Program-made: the position numbers and the translations under genes
Part shown: positions 25,092-33,852 of the stretch, one piece after another
How positions within the stretch are numbered: the first letter of the stretch is position 1
Layout of the letters: the number at the start of each line of letters is the position of its first letter
DNA from: Minisyncoccota bacterium
GTDB taxonomy: Bacteria > Patescibacteriota > Minisyncoccia > Phycocordibacterales > JAGLPS01
NCBI GenBank assembly: GCA_023137185.1
Contig: JAGLPS010000006.1
Span: 683 to 64,682 of the forward strand
Direction: 5' to 3'
Length of the DNA stretch: 64,000 nucleotides
The notes under the pieces: model-generated
Told to the model about the DNA's origin: nothing
The model's database searches: none
The model's input: the letters and a program-made list of their open reading frames with translations, nothing else

Positions 25092-27119
25092 TTATCTCCA
25101 AAAATTCAACCCATTCTCCTTCCCCCATTTCTCAAAAGCAAAAGCAATATCGTCTAAATCGTGTTTTTGTTTTAGGTGGTTATGCTCATCAAGTTTTCTT
25201 TCTCCATTTTTATCAACTTCGTAAATCTCATCCCCCGAATTATCTTTGCCTGAATTTTCACTCACCGCCATAAATATTTTATAATCATCAACCTTTGGAT
25301 TGATTTTTTCATCCCATTTCTGCACAAACAAGACAGAAGTTTTTGTTCCCGTATGCGGTTTGAAAGTATTGCCGTCAAGCCCGACCACCGCTAAAAGGCG
25401 CGCCCGCTCCATTATAAAATCCCTGATCCTTTCATCGCTCGTATTATTAAACCTTCCCTGCGGCAAGACAATCGCCATTCTTCCGCCCGGTTTTAGAAAA
25501 TCCAGATTCCTTTCAATAAACAAAATGTCTCTTGAAATATTATCAATCTGCTTGTCTTTTTTATAAGCCACTTCATAGCAAGCCGTCATCCTTTTATCTT
25601 TAATATCTCCGGCAAAAGGCGGATTCGCCATTACCAAATCAAAATTAAATTCTTTTGGATTTTTTCTGTCTTTCGCCAAATCCAGCAATCTGTAAAAACC
25701 CTCTAAATAAGTTCTGCTCCATTCCCGGTCTTTCAGTTTTTCTTCCCACCTTGTGTAATCAAGCGAATTCAAATGCAAGACATTTGTCCTGCCGTCGCCC
25801 GCAATCATATTTAAAGTCCGCGCGACACGAACCGATTTTTCGTCAAAATCAATCCCGAAAACTTTTAAGACATATTCCTTTTGCTCTTTGGTCGGTTTCT
25901 GATTTGAAAAATTGCTGAATTGCGCCTTGCCGTTGCCTTTTAATTTTTCCCAAACATTAAAAAGCGTATGTACTGTAAATCCGCAAGACCCGCAAGCCGT
26001 ATCTATCATATACTCGCTTGGCTTTGGATTAAGCATATAAACGCACATATCAATTACATTTCTTGGCGTAAAATACTGTCCTTTTTCTCCTTTGGCGGAT
26101 TTGTTGACCAGATATTCAAACGCTTCGTCAATCACCTGCAGATTGGAATTGAAGAGTTTTACATTCTGCAAAAATCCGACGCAGATTTGCAGATGGTTTT
26201 CATCCGTAATGCGAAGCGGTTCGCCTTTTTCAAAAATTCCCGGCCATTTTTCTTTGGCTTTCTGAAAAAGATTATTGATGACTTCTTTCGTATGATGCGC
26301 ATCGCCGCGACTTCTGAATTCCAGTTGCGTTAATCCTTTTATTTTAACTTTAGCCAAAATTTCTTTATCAGATAAATCAGGATTTTCTTCTCTTAGTTCT
26401 TTAAATTTCCACTCTATTTTTTGCCTATCTTCCGAGCTTTCCATTTCATCATAAAGCTTGATAAAAATCAGTTTAAAAACTTCTTCAAAAACATCCACGC
26501 CGGCATTTGCCAGAACTTCGTCCTCCATTTCCTGAATTAAAGTTTTCAAAGATTTTCTTTCTTCCTGAAGCTTGTCTTTTTGCATCAGTTCCAAATAAGT
26601 AAAAATTTCGTTTTTTACATCGTCTATTGTTTCATTCGCTTTTGGAATATCAGAAAGCGGTTCAAAATAATTAGGATCCAATCGCTCGTAATAATTTATT
26701 TCTGTTCCGTTCGTCCAAACCGCCAAAGGTGCGCCTGTCGCGTTTGTGTAGCTTTTCAACTGGTCTTTCCCATCTTTCGCTTTGTGCTTTTTAATTTCCA
26801 AAACACAATAAACGCTCGTTTTATCTTTTTTATTTAAAATAATAATATCCGCTAGCTTCTTTTCCCTGCCAAAAGAAATAGAAAATTCAACCCTTATCAA
26901 ATCAACGGGATAATTATATTCATTAAGAAGTTTATCAAGCGTTAATTGCCTCACAATCTCCTCCGGCTTTGCTTGAATGTCTTTTTCTCTTTTCAAACAT
27001 TTAATAAAATGCTTTCCTTTTTTCTCAAAAATGCTTTTCTCAACTCTGTCTATGCTTTCCGCGGAAAAAGTCGTCAAATCATATTTCCCGCCTGATTTTA
27101 TAAGTTGCGATAGATTCAT
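25092..27119 (-). CDS. hsdM: Type I restriction-modification DNA methyltransferase subunit
   Basis: 675 aa; N6-adenine MTase motifs DTACGSCGF (motif I) and NPPF (motif IV); HsdM N-terminal domain. Confidence 0.9.
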   Translation of the reverse strand: MNLSQLIKSGGKYDLTTFSAESIDRVEKSIFEKKGKHFIKCLKREKDIQAKPEEIVRQLTLDKLLNEYNYPVDLIRVEFSISFGREKKLADIIILNKKDKTSVYCVLEIKKHKAKDGKDQLKSYTNATGAPLAVWTNGTEINYYERLDPNYFEPLSDIPKANETIDDVKNEIFTYLELMQKDKLQEERKSLKTLIQEMEDEVLANAGVDVFEEVFKLIFIKLYDEMESSEDRQKIEWKFKELREENPDLSDKEILAKVKIKGLTQLEFRSRGDAHHTKEVINNLFQKAKEKWPGIFEKGEPLRITDENHLQICVGFLQNVKLFNSNLQVIDEAFEYLVNKSAKGEKGQYFTPRNVIDMCVYMLNPKPSEYMIDTACGSCGFTVHTLFNVWEKLKGNGKAQFSNFSNQKPTKEQKEYVLKVFGIDFDEKSVRVARTLNMIAGDGRTNVLHLNSLDYTRWEEKLKDREWSRTYLEGFYRLLDLAKDRKNPKEFNFDLVMANPPFAGDIKDKRMTACYEVAYKKDKQIDNISRDILFIERNLDFLKPGGRMAIVLPQGRFNNTSDERIRDFIMERARLLAVVGLDGNTFKPHTGTKTSVLFVQKWDEKINPKVDDYKIFMAVSENSGKDNSGDEIYEVDKNGERKLDEHNHLKQKHDLDDIAFAFEKWGKENGLNFWR

Positions 27120-27200
27120 AATTTTTTGTTAAAAGTTTCGTAATAAATTTATTTTGATTGATACTTTTGTTTCTTTGAAATTTGCTATATTTTTATTTAA

Positions 27201-27710
27201 TTAAATCATCCCTCCAGAGGCGGGCAGGCAGGCGAAATACCGAGAGCGTCCGCGATTTTTTAACTGTGTCAATGGTGGGGTTTGGCGTTGCGCGTCGCCG
27301 ACCGCTTTCATAAACTCATCGTAGTTTTTGGCAATGCGTTTGCGATTTATTGTATACCCTTGAACAAGATATTCTTTTAATATCTTGTTCGCCCACTTCC
27401 TAAATTCAACAGCTTGAGCGGAATTTGTTCTATATCCTACGGATAAAATAACATCAAGAGAATAAAAAGAAACCGGCTTATCTGAATTTGCAATGTGCAT
27501 TTTTTGCACATTGCTTTTTTCACTTATTTCTCCAGATTTAATGATCGTTCTAATATGCTTTGTGATCACAGATCGTTCTACACTAAAAACTTCAGCAATC
27601 TGTGCCTGTGTCGCCCATATATTTTCATGCTCAAAATCGCCTCGAAGTTCAATCGCTCCGTTTTTTGCTTGATAAATAATTATATTGTTTGCTGTTTTTT
27701 TCTTTTTCAT
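27201..27710 (-). CDS. RhuM-family (virulence protein RhuM / DNA-binding) protein
   Basis: 169 aa; IYQAKNGAIELRGDFEHENIWATQAQIAEVFSVERSVITKHIR matches the RhuM family commonly found beside hsdM. Confidence 0.7.
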   Translation of the reverse strand: MKKKKTANNIIIYQAKNGAIELRGDFEHENIWATQAQIAEVFSVERSVITKHIRTIIKSGEISEKSNVQKMHIANSDKPVSFYSLDVILSVGYRTNSAQAVEFRKWANKILKEYLVQGYTINRKRIAKNYDEFMKAVGDAQRQTPPLTQLKNRGRSRYFACLPASGGMI

Positions 27711-27889
27711 AATTTATATTTCGCTTTAAACATCCCTCCAAAGGCGGGCAGGCAGGCGAAACGCCGAGCGCGTCCGCAATTTTTTAACTGTGTCAATAGT
27801 GGGGTTTGGCGTTGCGCGTCGCCGACTACTTCGGCGTCTTTGCGCATAATGTTTTGGATATTTTTGATGATGTTTTGTATTTCGGACAT
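27707..27889 (-). pseudogene. Duplicated 3' fragment of the RhuM gene (~100 nt) fused to unrelated N-terminal sequence
   Basis: 27722-27820 is ~90% identical to 27208-27305; encodes ...VGDAQRQTPLLTQLKNCGRARRFACLPAFGGM. Confidence 0.5.
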
Positions 27890-27890
27890 A

Positions 27891-28985
27891 TTATTTCCCT
27901 CTTTGAGCTTCTGTTATCGCGCGATCAACCATAAATCGCACGGCTTCATTCATATGAAGATTTTCAATCTTTATAGATGGATGTTTTTTCTGAAAAACCC
28001 GATATATTTCATCCGCAAATGCCTGACCAACCATAGGAACATTTTCATAATCCAACGCAACAACCTTGAACTTTTCAAGACCGGAAAGAACACGCCGCGC
28101 TTGCGAGCGCGATATATGCACTCCCCCCGCAATATATAGACGTACATACACTTCAGTCTTATCAAAACCGTACTCACCACCAACACCCGTGTCAGTATAT
28201 TTACGAAAAATATCATTGAGATGATGCCTGTCGTCTATGTTGATACGAAATGTAACTTTTGTCCCCTGTTTTTGACCTTTAACTTTTTTTACAAATATAT
28301 CGTCTATTTTATTGTTTGCAATAAATTGGTACCCGTAACTATCGAGAATAAATTCATCACCAACTTTTGACGTAAAGAAAATACCTTCACCGGAATGAAG
28401 TTTTGGCTCAGTTGTCATCTTGCCCTTGAGAAGGTCTTGTATTGCTTCCATTTCCGATTTAAGATGTCGTTTTTTCATAATATTACGATATACTCCTACA
28501 CCAAAATCATCGACGGCAAACGACAACTCATCGTCATTTAATGAAACCGAAACATTAATTTTCTTTGAACCGGAGTGTTCAATTGCATTGTTCAGCATCT
28601 CAGAAAAAGCGTATGTAAAAATACTTTTTATATTTTCCGAAAATCGACTAAATGGAAGAAATCTGTGTTCTATGTCATCAAGAACGATATGTTCTTCAAG
28701 ACCTTTGTTAACAAGTTGTCTGGTATATATATTTGGAGTAACATCCGGATGCTCTTGAATGTATTCCACCGTCGCATACCTCGCCGAACGCGTTGAACCA
28801 AGTTTTATAAGCTTTTTTTCTTCAACAAGATTAGATATGAGCTTGTTCGCATATTGCCGAGAAACTCCAAAAGAACCCGCGATATTACGGCTTTTAATTA
28901 TCCCTTTTTCCTGCGCTATTTTAAGAATGTGTTCCGTGTTTATCATATGTAAACTGATTGTAAACAATCGGTTTACAATTGTCAA
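27891..28985 (-). CDS. wHTH + GHKL-type ATPase (HATPase_c) + STAS-like (DUF4325) protein
   Basis: 364 aa; N-terminal HTH, N-box EMLNNAIEHSG, C-terminal STAS-like region. Confidence 0.5.
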   Translation of the reverse strand: MTIVNRLFTISLHMINTEHILKIAQEKGIIKSRNIAGSFGVSRQYANKLISNLVEEKKLIKLGSTRSARYATVEYIQEHPDVTPNIYTRQLVNKGLEEHIVLDDIEHRFLPFSRFSENIKSIFTYAFSEMLNNAIEHSGSKKINVSVSLNDDELSFAVDDFGVGVYRNIMKKRHLKSEMEAIQDLLKGKMTTEPKLHSGEGIFFTSKVGDEFILDSYGYQFIANNKIDDIFVKKVKGQKQGTKVTFRINIDDRHHLNDIFRKYTDTGVGGEYGFDKTEVYVRLYIAGGVHISRSQARRVLSGLEKFKVVALDYENVPMVGQAFADEIYRVFQKKHPSIKIENLHMNEAVRFMVDRAITEAQRGK

Positions 28986-29005
28986 CTAATTGTAAGCAAC
29001 TTCTG

Positions 29006-29194
29006 CTATGCAGTATACAACTGCCTCTCAATCTCCTCCGGCTTCGCCTGAATATCGCTCTTTCTTTTCAGGCATTTAACAAAAAACTTTTTGTTTTTCT
29101 CAAAAATCTTTTTTTCAACCCTGTCTATACTTTCCTCGGAAAAAGTCGTCAAATCATATTTCCCGCCTGATTTTATAAGTTGTGATAAATTCAT
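29006..29194 (-). pseudogene. Duplicated 5' fragment of hsdM (first 57 codons, ~235-nt repeat including the upstream region)
   Basis: MNLSQLIKSGGKYDLTTFSEESIDRVEKKIFEKNKKFFVKCLKRKSDIQAKPEEIERQL vs the hsdM N-terminus; 29000-29233 approx equals 26925-27158. Confidence 0.7.
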
Positions 29195-29238
29195 AATTTT
29201 TTGTTAAAAGTTTCGTAATAAATTTATATTGCCTATAA

Positions 29239-30678
29239 TCACATCAAAAGAAAATATTTTAATGGAATTTTCAACGCGTTTGCTTCTGCATTATATTCTA
29301 AAACATCAGTTCCTTCTGAAACAACAATGCCACAAGTCGCTTTTACTTTTTCTGCTGTCTGCGTTACCTGCTTATATTCCTTTTTATTCATTCCGACCTC
29401 AAGCACGATTTTGTTTTCTCCACTGCTTAATATAAAATCAGCCCCGCCTTTCGCGCTGTCATAAGTAAGAGAAAAAGACGGCTTTTTGTCGCACAAACGA
29501 TAAAGATACATTCCAATCAGATCTTCCAGAAGTTTTCCGCGCGCGTTTTGTTCCGTTATGACATTGCCAATTGTTTTGTAATACATCGCGCGAAATGCCG
29601 GCGAAGAAAAGAGATATTTTGACGGTTTTTGCGTTACCTGTTTAAAATGAGAGCCGTGCGGATATACGCGGTGTAAAATTTCCGTTTGTTCAAGGACGGA
29701 AAAAATTTCTGCTATTTTGGGACGAGAAATGCCGAATTTTTCTGCTAGTGTCGTAAAATTCAAAACATCCATATCCGCCACGGCATACAAAATCGCCGAA
29801 ATTCTTCCGATAATATCAGACGAAAGCCCTCGCATTTGCGGAATATCTTTATTGATTACTCGCTCAAGAGATTTATTTATTTGGTCATAAACCAAAGCTT
29901 CATTTTGAAGCGCAATCATAAACGGCAATGAACCGTAATGAAGATAATTTTCAAAATCTAACCGGCTGATGCCATGATAATACTCGTTTATTTTCTGTTC
30001 CGATTTTTTTAGCGCGTTAAATACTTCTCCGGCATTTCGTCCGCTAAGAATAATCTCTCTTAACTTTTGCGATAACCCCTTAATTTCGTATTTGTTTCTT
30101 TTGATTTTAATAAATTCCGTGAATGAAAGCGGATAAATTCTTTCATAAATGGCGCGTCTGGCAATGTCGGAATTGCTGTTTATAAGAGCGGCTGCCGATC
30201 CTGTTGAAAATATAAAGACATTATCCGCACGGTCGTAAATTGTTTTAAGAATCGCTCCCCATTTTTCGTCATACTGCACTTCGTCTAAAAACAAAAACAA
30301 AGGTTTATCCAAGTTTGTGATTGACCGACCGATTATTTCTTCGAAAATATTTATAACTTCATTAATATTACTTCCAAGAGTTTGCGTGATTTCATCAACA
30401 GAAAGAATTAAAAAGTACCCGTCAATATTTTTCTTGGCGTAATACAGCTGATACATAATTGTTGTCTTGCCGGCTCCGCGCAAACCGGTAAGTGCCACCC
30501 AGCGATAAGATTTATTGCCGCCGAGGAATTGGTCAAAATGAGACTGTATCCGTATAAAAATATTTCTGTTTGGCCTTTTTTTGTTTTGCGTGTCAAAAAC
30601 ATACGCCCGCCCGCGAAAATCGGCTTGAGCAATTTGGTCGTTTATAAATTCTTTGATTTTTTCTTTATTTACAGGCAT
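29239..30678 (-). CDS. AAA+ ATPase with C-terminal DUF4143
   Basis: 479 aa; Walker A GLRGAGKTT, Walker B FLFLDEVQ, typical COG1373 architecture. Confidence 0.75.
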   Translation of the reverse strand: MPVNKEKIKEFINDQIAQADFRGRAYVFDTQNKKRPNRNIFIRIQSHFDQFLGGNKSYRWVALTGLRGAGKTTIMYQLYYAKKNIDGYFLILSVDEITQTLGSNINEVINIFEEIIGRSITNLDKPLFLFLDEVQYDEKWGAILKTIYDRADNVFIFSTGSAAALINSNSDIARRAIYERIYPLSFTEFIKIKRNKYEIKGLSQKLREIILSGRNAGEVFNALKKSEQKINEYYHGISRLDFENYLHYGSLPFMIALQNEALVYDQINKSLERVINKDIPQMRGLSSDIIGRISAILYAVADMDVLNFTTLAEKFGISRPKIAEIFSVLEQTEILHRVYPHGSHFKQVTQKPSKYLFSSPAFRAMYYKTIGNVITEQNARGKLLEDLIGMYLYRLCDKKPSFSLTYDSAKGGADFILSSGENKIVLEVGMNKKEYKQVTQTAEKVKATCGIVVSEGTDVLEYNAEANALKIPLKYFLLM

Positions 30679-30885
30679 TTTATTTATTTTTCTGTCTTTT
30701 TTAGTGCTAAGTATAGCTTACACTAAACCCTATTTCAGTGTCAAGTCTATTTTACACTAATTTTTAATTCCATTTTTCCCCTTTGTTTAAGCCGTTTTTA
30801 TGGCAATTTTGTAGATTAAGATTCATTGATTTTAGTATTGCTTTACTACAATAATCAGTATCTAAAATTTCCGTTATCTAGTCAA

Positions 30886-30985
30886 ACACCCCCCAAGCCG
30901 CCCCCTAGGGGGCGGCTTTGGGTTTTTTGCAAGGCCATGAGCTTGTTGAATGGCTCCCCTCTTGGACAAGTTCAGAACTTCAGAA
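30886..30985. repeat. Repeat R-beta copy 1: terminator hairpin (aagccgcccc-ctag-ggggcggctt + T-run) followed by ttgcaaggccatgagcttgttgaatggctcccc...gttcagaact
   Basis: Similar to 32810-32922 and partially 35795-35842. Confidence 0.6.
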
Positions 30986-31112
30986 TTTTTCAAGGTTTCT
31001 TTTAAGGTCAAACCTTGAAGTTGTTGAAGATAGCTATTCCGCCTAATCAATGATATATCTAATATAGTTAGTACCTTGAAGTCCTTAATTGAAAAAACTA
31101 AAGGAGGTAAAA

Positions 31113-32651
31113 ATGAAACTAAAACTGTCAGACGGCAACACTTGGCCGCTTGCGCGTTTTATCGCGCCTGTCTATCCAGAAGTCAATATCTTTACTGGAA
31201 GCAGAATCACTCCACTTGGGTTAGTAAATATCGCCACAGCCGCAAGCAAAATTTGGGGCTGGAGAATAGAAATCATTGATGAAAACAATTATCGCGGACC
31301 ATGCGATAAAAAAGGCTTGCCAGACCACGAAAAACTACAAAAAGAAAACCCTGCATCAATAGTTAGTTTCTACTGTGGACTTACTTCCACAATGGATCGA
31401 GTTTTCGCACTATCCAAGTTTTATCGTAAACAAGGCGCGTTTAATATCGCCGGTGGATGGCACGTTCATTTTTGCCCAGATGAAGCTTTGAACAATGACT
31501 TTGATGTAGTTGTTCACGGCGAAGGGGAAATGGTTGTTCGCGACATTCTCAAAGTTTTAAAAAGCGGAAATAACCTCTCCAATATTCCTGGAATTTCTTT
31601 CTGGGATAATGGGATGCAAAAAACTAATCCTCCAACAAGGCTTGAACTGCAGAATCTAAGTGATTTACCTTATCCAGACTTCGGCATAATACGGTACGCA
31701 CGAAAGATTAAAGTTTATCCGATTGGCCGCGTTCGTGGCTGCGGAATGAACTGTGAGTTTTGCAGCGTTAAAGGGAAACCCCGCTGGGCGGACACTGCTT
31801 ATGTCTTCAATGTTGTGAAGTGGCTAGTTGATACGAGAAGGGCGCGACGCTTTTTTATTGTTGATGACCGACTTGAAGAAAATCGCGAGGGCATCCTTTC
31901 CTTTTTCAAAATGATTAGCGACAAATACAACAGTAGATTGGAATTCACAGTCCAAATCAGATTGGAAACAGCGAAAGATACCGAGCTTTTGGAATCAATG
32001 AGAAAGGCTGGTGTTAGAGTAGTATGCGTTGGCTATGAATCACCGATTGCCGAAGATCTAAAAGCTATGCATAAAGGGTTGTCAACCAAAAAAATGGTTG
32101 AGTGGACATTAATCCTACGCCGTTACTTCTGGGTGCACGGAATGTTCATTTTCGGATACCCAAACAAGGAGTCTTCAACGCTTAGTGTTCTTGAAATGGT
32201 AAAGCGCTATAAGACATTCATTCACACGGCAAAAATCAGCAGTATTCAAATCCTTCACCCAGTACCGCTTGTAGGAACAGAGCTTAGAGCAAGACTGAAA
32301 AAAACCGGCAGAATCTTCCCTCTAAATCTGGTGCCGTGGAGCAAGTACGACGGCAACTATGCCTGCTTTCCGCCAGACAATATGAGTCTGTCGGAACTCC
32401 AAGACACACCTATTAAGTTGATGAATTGGTTTTACAGTAAGTGGAGTTTTTGGAGAATTCCATACAGGACTCTGATTTTCCCGATCCATTATCTCATCAC
32501 TGGCTGGCATCACTGGTATGATAGTTGGTTAAGAGATATTGTGAAATACGGAGGTCGTCGCATCCTCACTAAATGGTTGAGAAAACACAAGAGAGATGAT
32601 TTTGTTCCAAAGTTGAAGGATTATGCTAAAAACCAGTTGAATATTCAATAG
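31113..32651 (+). CDS. B12-binding domain radical SAM protein (class B rSAM-like)
   Basis: 512 aa from the ATG with a perfect SD (aaaggaggt); N-terminal B12-binding Rossmann-like region; radical SAM CxxxCxxC (GCGMNCEFCS). Confidence 0.7.
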   Translation: MKLKLSDGNTWPLARFIAPVYPEVNIFTGSRITPLGLVNIATAASKIWGWRIEIIDENNYRGPCDKKGLPDHEKLQKENPASIVSFYCGLTSTMDRVFALSKFYRKQGAFNIAGGWHVHFCPDEALNNDFDVVVHGEGEMVVRDILKVLKSGNNLSNIPGISFWDNGMQKTNPPTRLELQNLSDLPYPDFGIIRYARKIKVYPIGRVRGCGMNCEFCSVKGKPRWADTAYVFNVVKWLVDTRRARRFFIVDDRLEENREGILSFFKMISDKYNSRLEFTVQIRLETAKDTELLESMRKAGVRVVCVGYESPIAEDLKAMHKGLSTKKMVEWTLILRRYFWVHGMFIFGYPNKESSTLSVLEMVKRYKTFIHTAKISSIQILHPVPLVGTELRARLKKTGRIFPLNLVPWSKYDGNYACFPPDNMSLSELQDTPIKLMNWFYSKWSFWRIPYRTLIFPIHYLITGWHHWYDSWLRDIVKYGGRRILTKWLRKHKRDDFVPKLKDYAKNQLNIQ

Positions 32652-32739
32652 GACTTTTTTAATTTGTGTTTAAAAGCCGTCCCGAGCTTTATCGAGGGAC
32701 GGCTTTTATTTTTTCTTTATATGAAAAAGCGCGTTATGC

Positions 32740-32922
32740 AACAAACGCCGAACATACAATTTGGCTCCGCAATCAAAACATCAACAAACTTTTGAAATTA
32801 TTTTGCCGAACCCCAAAGCCGCCCCTTAAGGGGCGGCTTTGGGGAATTTGTTTTTGCAAGGCCATGAGCTTGTCGAATGGCTCCCCCAACTGGATGCGTT
32901 CAGAACTCTGGATTGGGTAGAA
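32740..32922. repeat. Repeat R-alpha (caacaaacgccgaacatacaatttggctcc) plus R-beta copy 2 (terminator 32812-32856 then ggccatgagcttgtcgaatggctcccccaactggatgcgttcagaactctggattggg)
   Basis: R-alpha recurs at 35917-35947; R-beta at 30886-30985 and 35795-35842. Confidence 0.6.
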
Positions 32923-33286
32923 ATAAAGAACGATTTACAGTTTAGCAATATATTAGACCTATCCCCCAAACTAGCATTTCAACACTAATTTTTATTTTTC
33001 AACAACTCATCAATATCGTAACCTATGTATTTTCTTTTACTTACAGAGCTTAGTCCCAAAAGCTTTAGTGTTTCAACTTTCAGTTTATATCCACTCCACT
33101 CACCGAATTTTTTTATTATTTTATGATATTATAAAAAATAAATGAGTCGTACTCAACCAATTAATAACCACAAAAAACGATAAACAATTCAAAATTTACA
33201 CCCAAAACTATTATAGTAATTTTAATTATTGTGATTGCTGTTGTGTTTCTAGGTATTAAACTTTTTAAAACATCTGAGACCACTGA

Positions 33287-33688
33287 TTGGGAAACCTCTA
33301 CGCAAATGATAAATTTGAGCTTGGATACCCCCAAGACTTTACCATCACCATGGAAAGTAGCGCCGGATTCCGCGCCTGTTCTTCTGATAGTAATACTTGT
33401 GTAGAGATTAGTCCCATGGACTCCCAGTGGAATTCATTTGACGACATGGTAAAAGAATGGAAAGAAACAAACCCCGAAACAGCTGATGACACAAAAGTTT
33501 TTAGAGTTTCTAGAAAAGAAGCTTTTTCTATCAAACAAGCTGAAGGAAATGATGTTGTCATAAACACCATTATAAATTCTTCTCACCCAGACATGGTTTT
33601 TATCACAATAACTAAACAAGGTGATAGCGAAATAGATTTAGATAATTTTAACAAACAAGTACTTTCTACTTTCAAGGCTGTAAAATAG
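33287..33688 (+). CDS. Hypothetical secreted or membrane-anchored protein; the N-terminal TM segment appears to lie in a different frame (possible frameshift near 33285)
   Basis: Frame-2 ORF 133 aa; an upstream frame-0 segment encodes ...KTIIVILIIVIAVVFLGIKLFKTSETTDWE with no in-frame ATG. Confidence 0.3.
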   Translation: MGNLYANDKFELGYPQDFTITMESSAGFRACSSDSNTCVEISPMDSQWNSFDDMVKEWKETNPETADDTKVFRVSRKEAFSIKQAEGNDVVINTIINSSHPDMVFITITKQGDSEIDLDNFNKQVLSTFKAVK

Positions 33689-33825
33689 ATTACTTTTCGT
33701 AAACTAACGAAGGTGCTCACATTTATTGCCACAACCCTTTTGGCAAGACGTGTATTCTTCTTTTAATCCACAGCCACTGTCCCAAATAACTAACTAACTA
33801 TTAACACTAAGTGTTGATAGTTGAA

Positions 33826-33852
33826 AAAGCCCCCCTAGGGGGGCTTTTTTTA
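33826..33852. terminator. Bidirectional intrinsic terminator aaaagcccccc-tagg-ggggcttttttt
   Basis: perfect hairpin flanked by A/T runs between convergent genes. Confidence 0.65.

Noticed and set aside
17694-30678. Presence of hsdR (Type I restriction subunit) in the island
   Set aside because: No ~1000-aa SF2 helicase-nuclease ORF is present. The AAA-DUF4143 and OLD proteins are different families, so hsdR must be elsewhere or absent.
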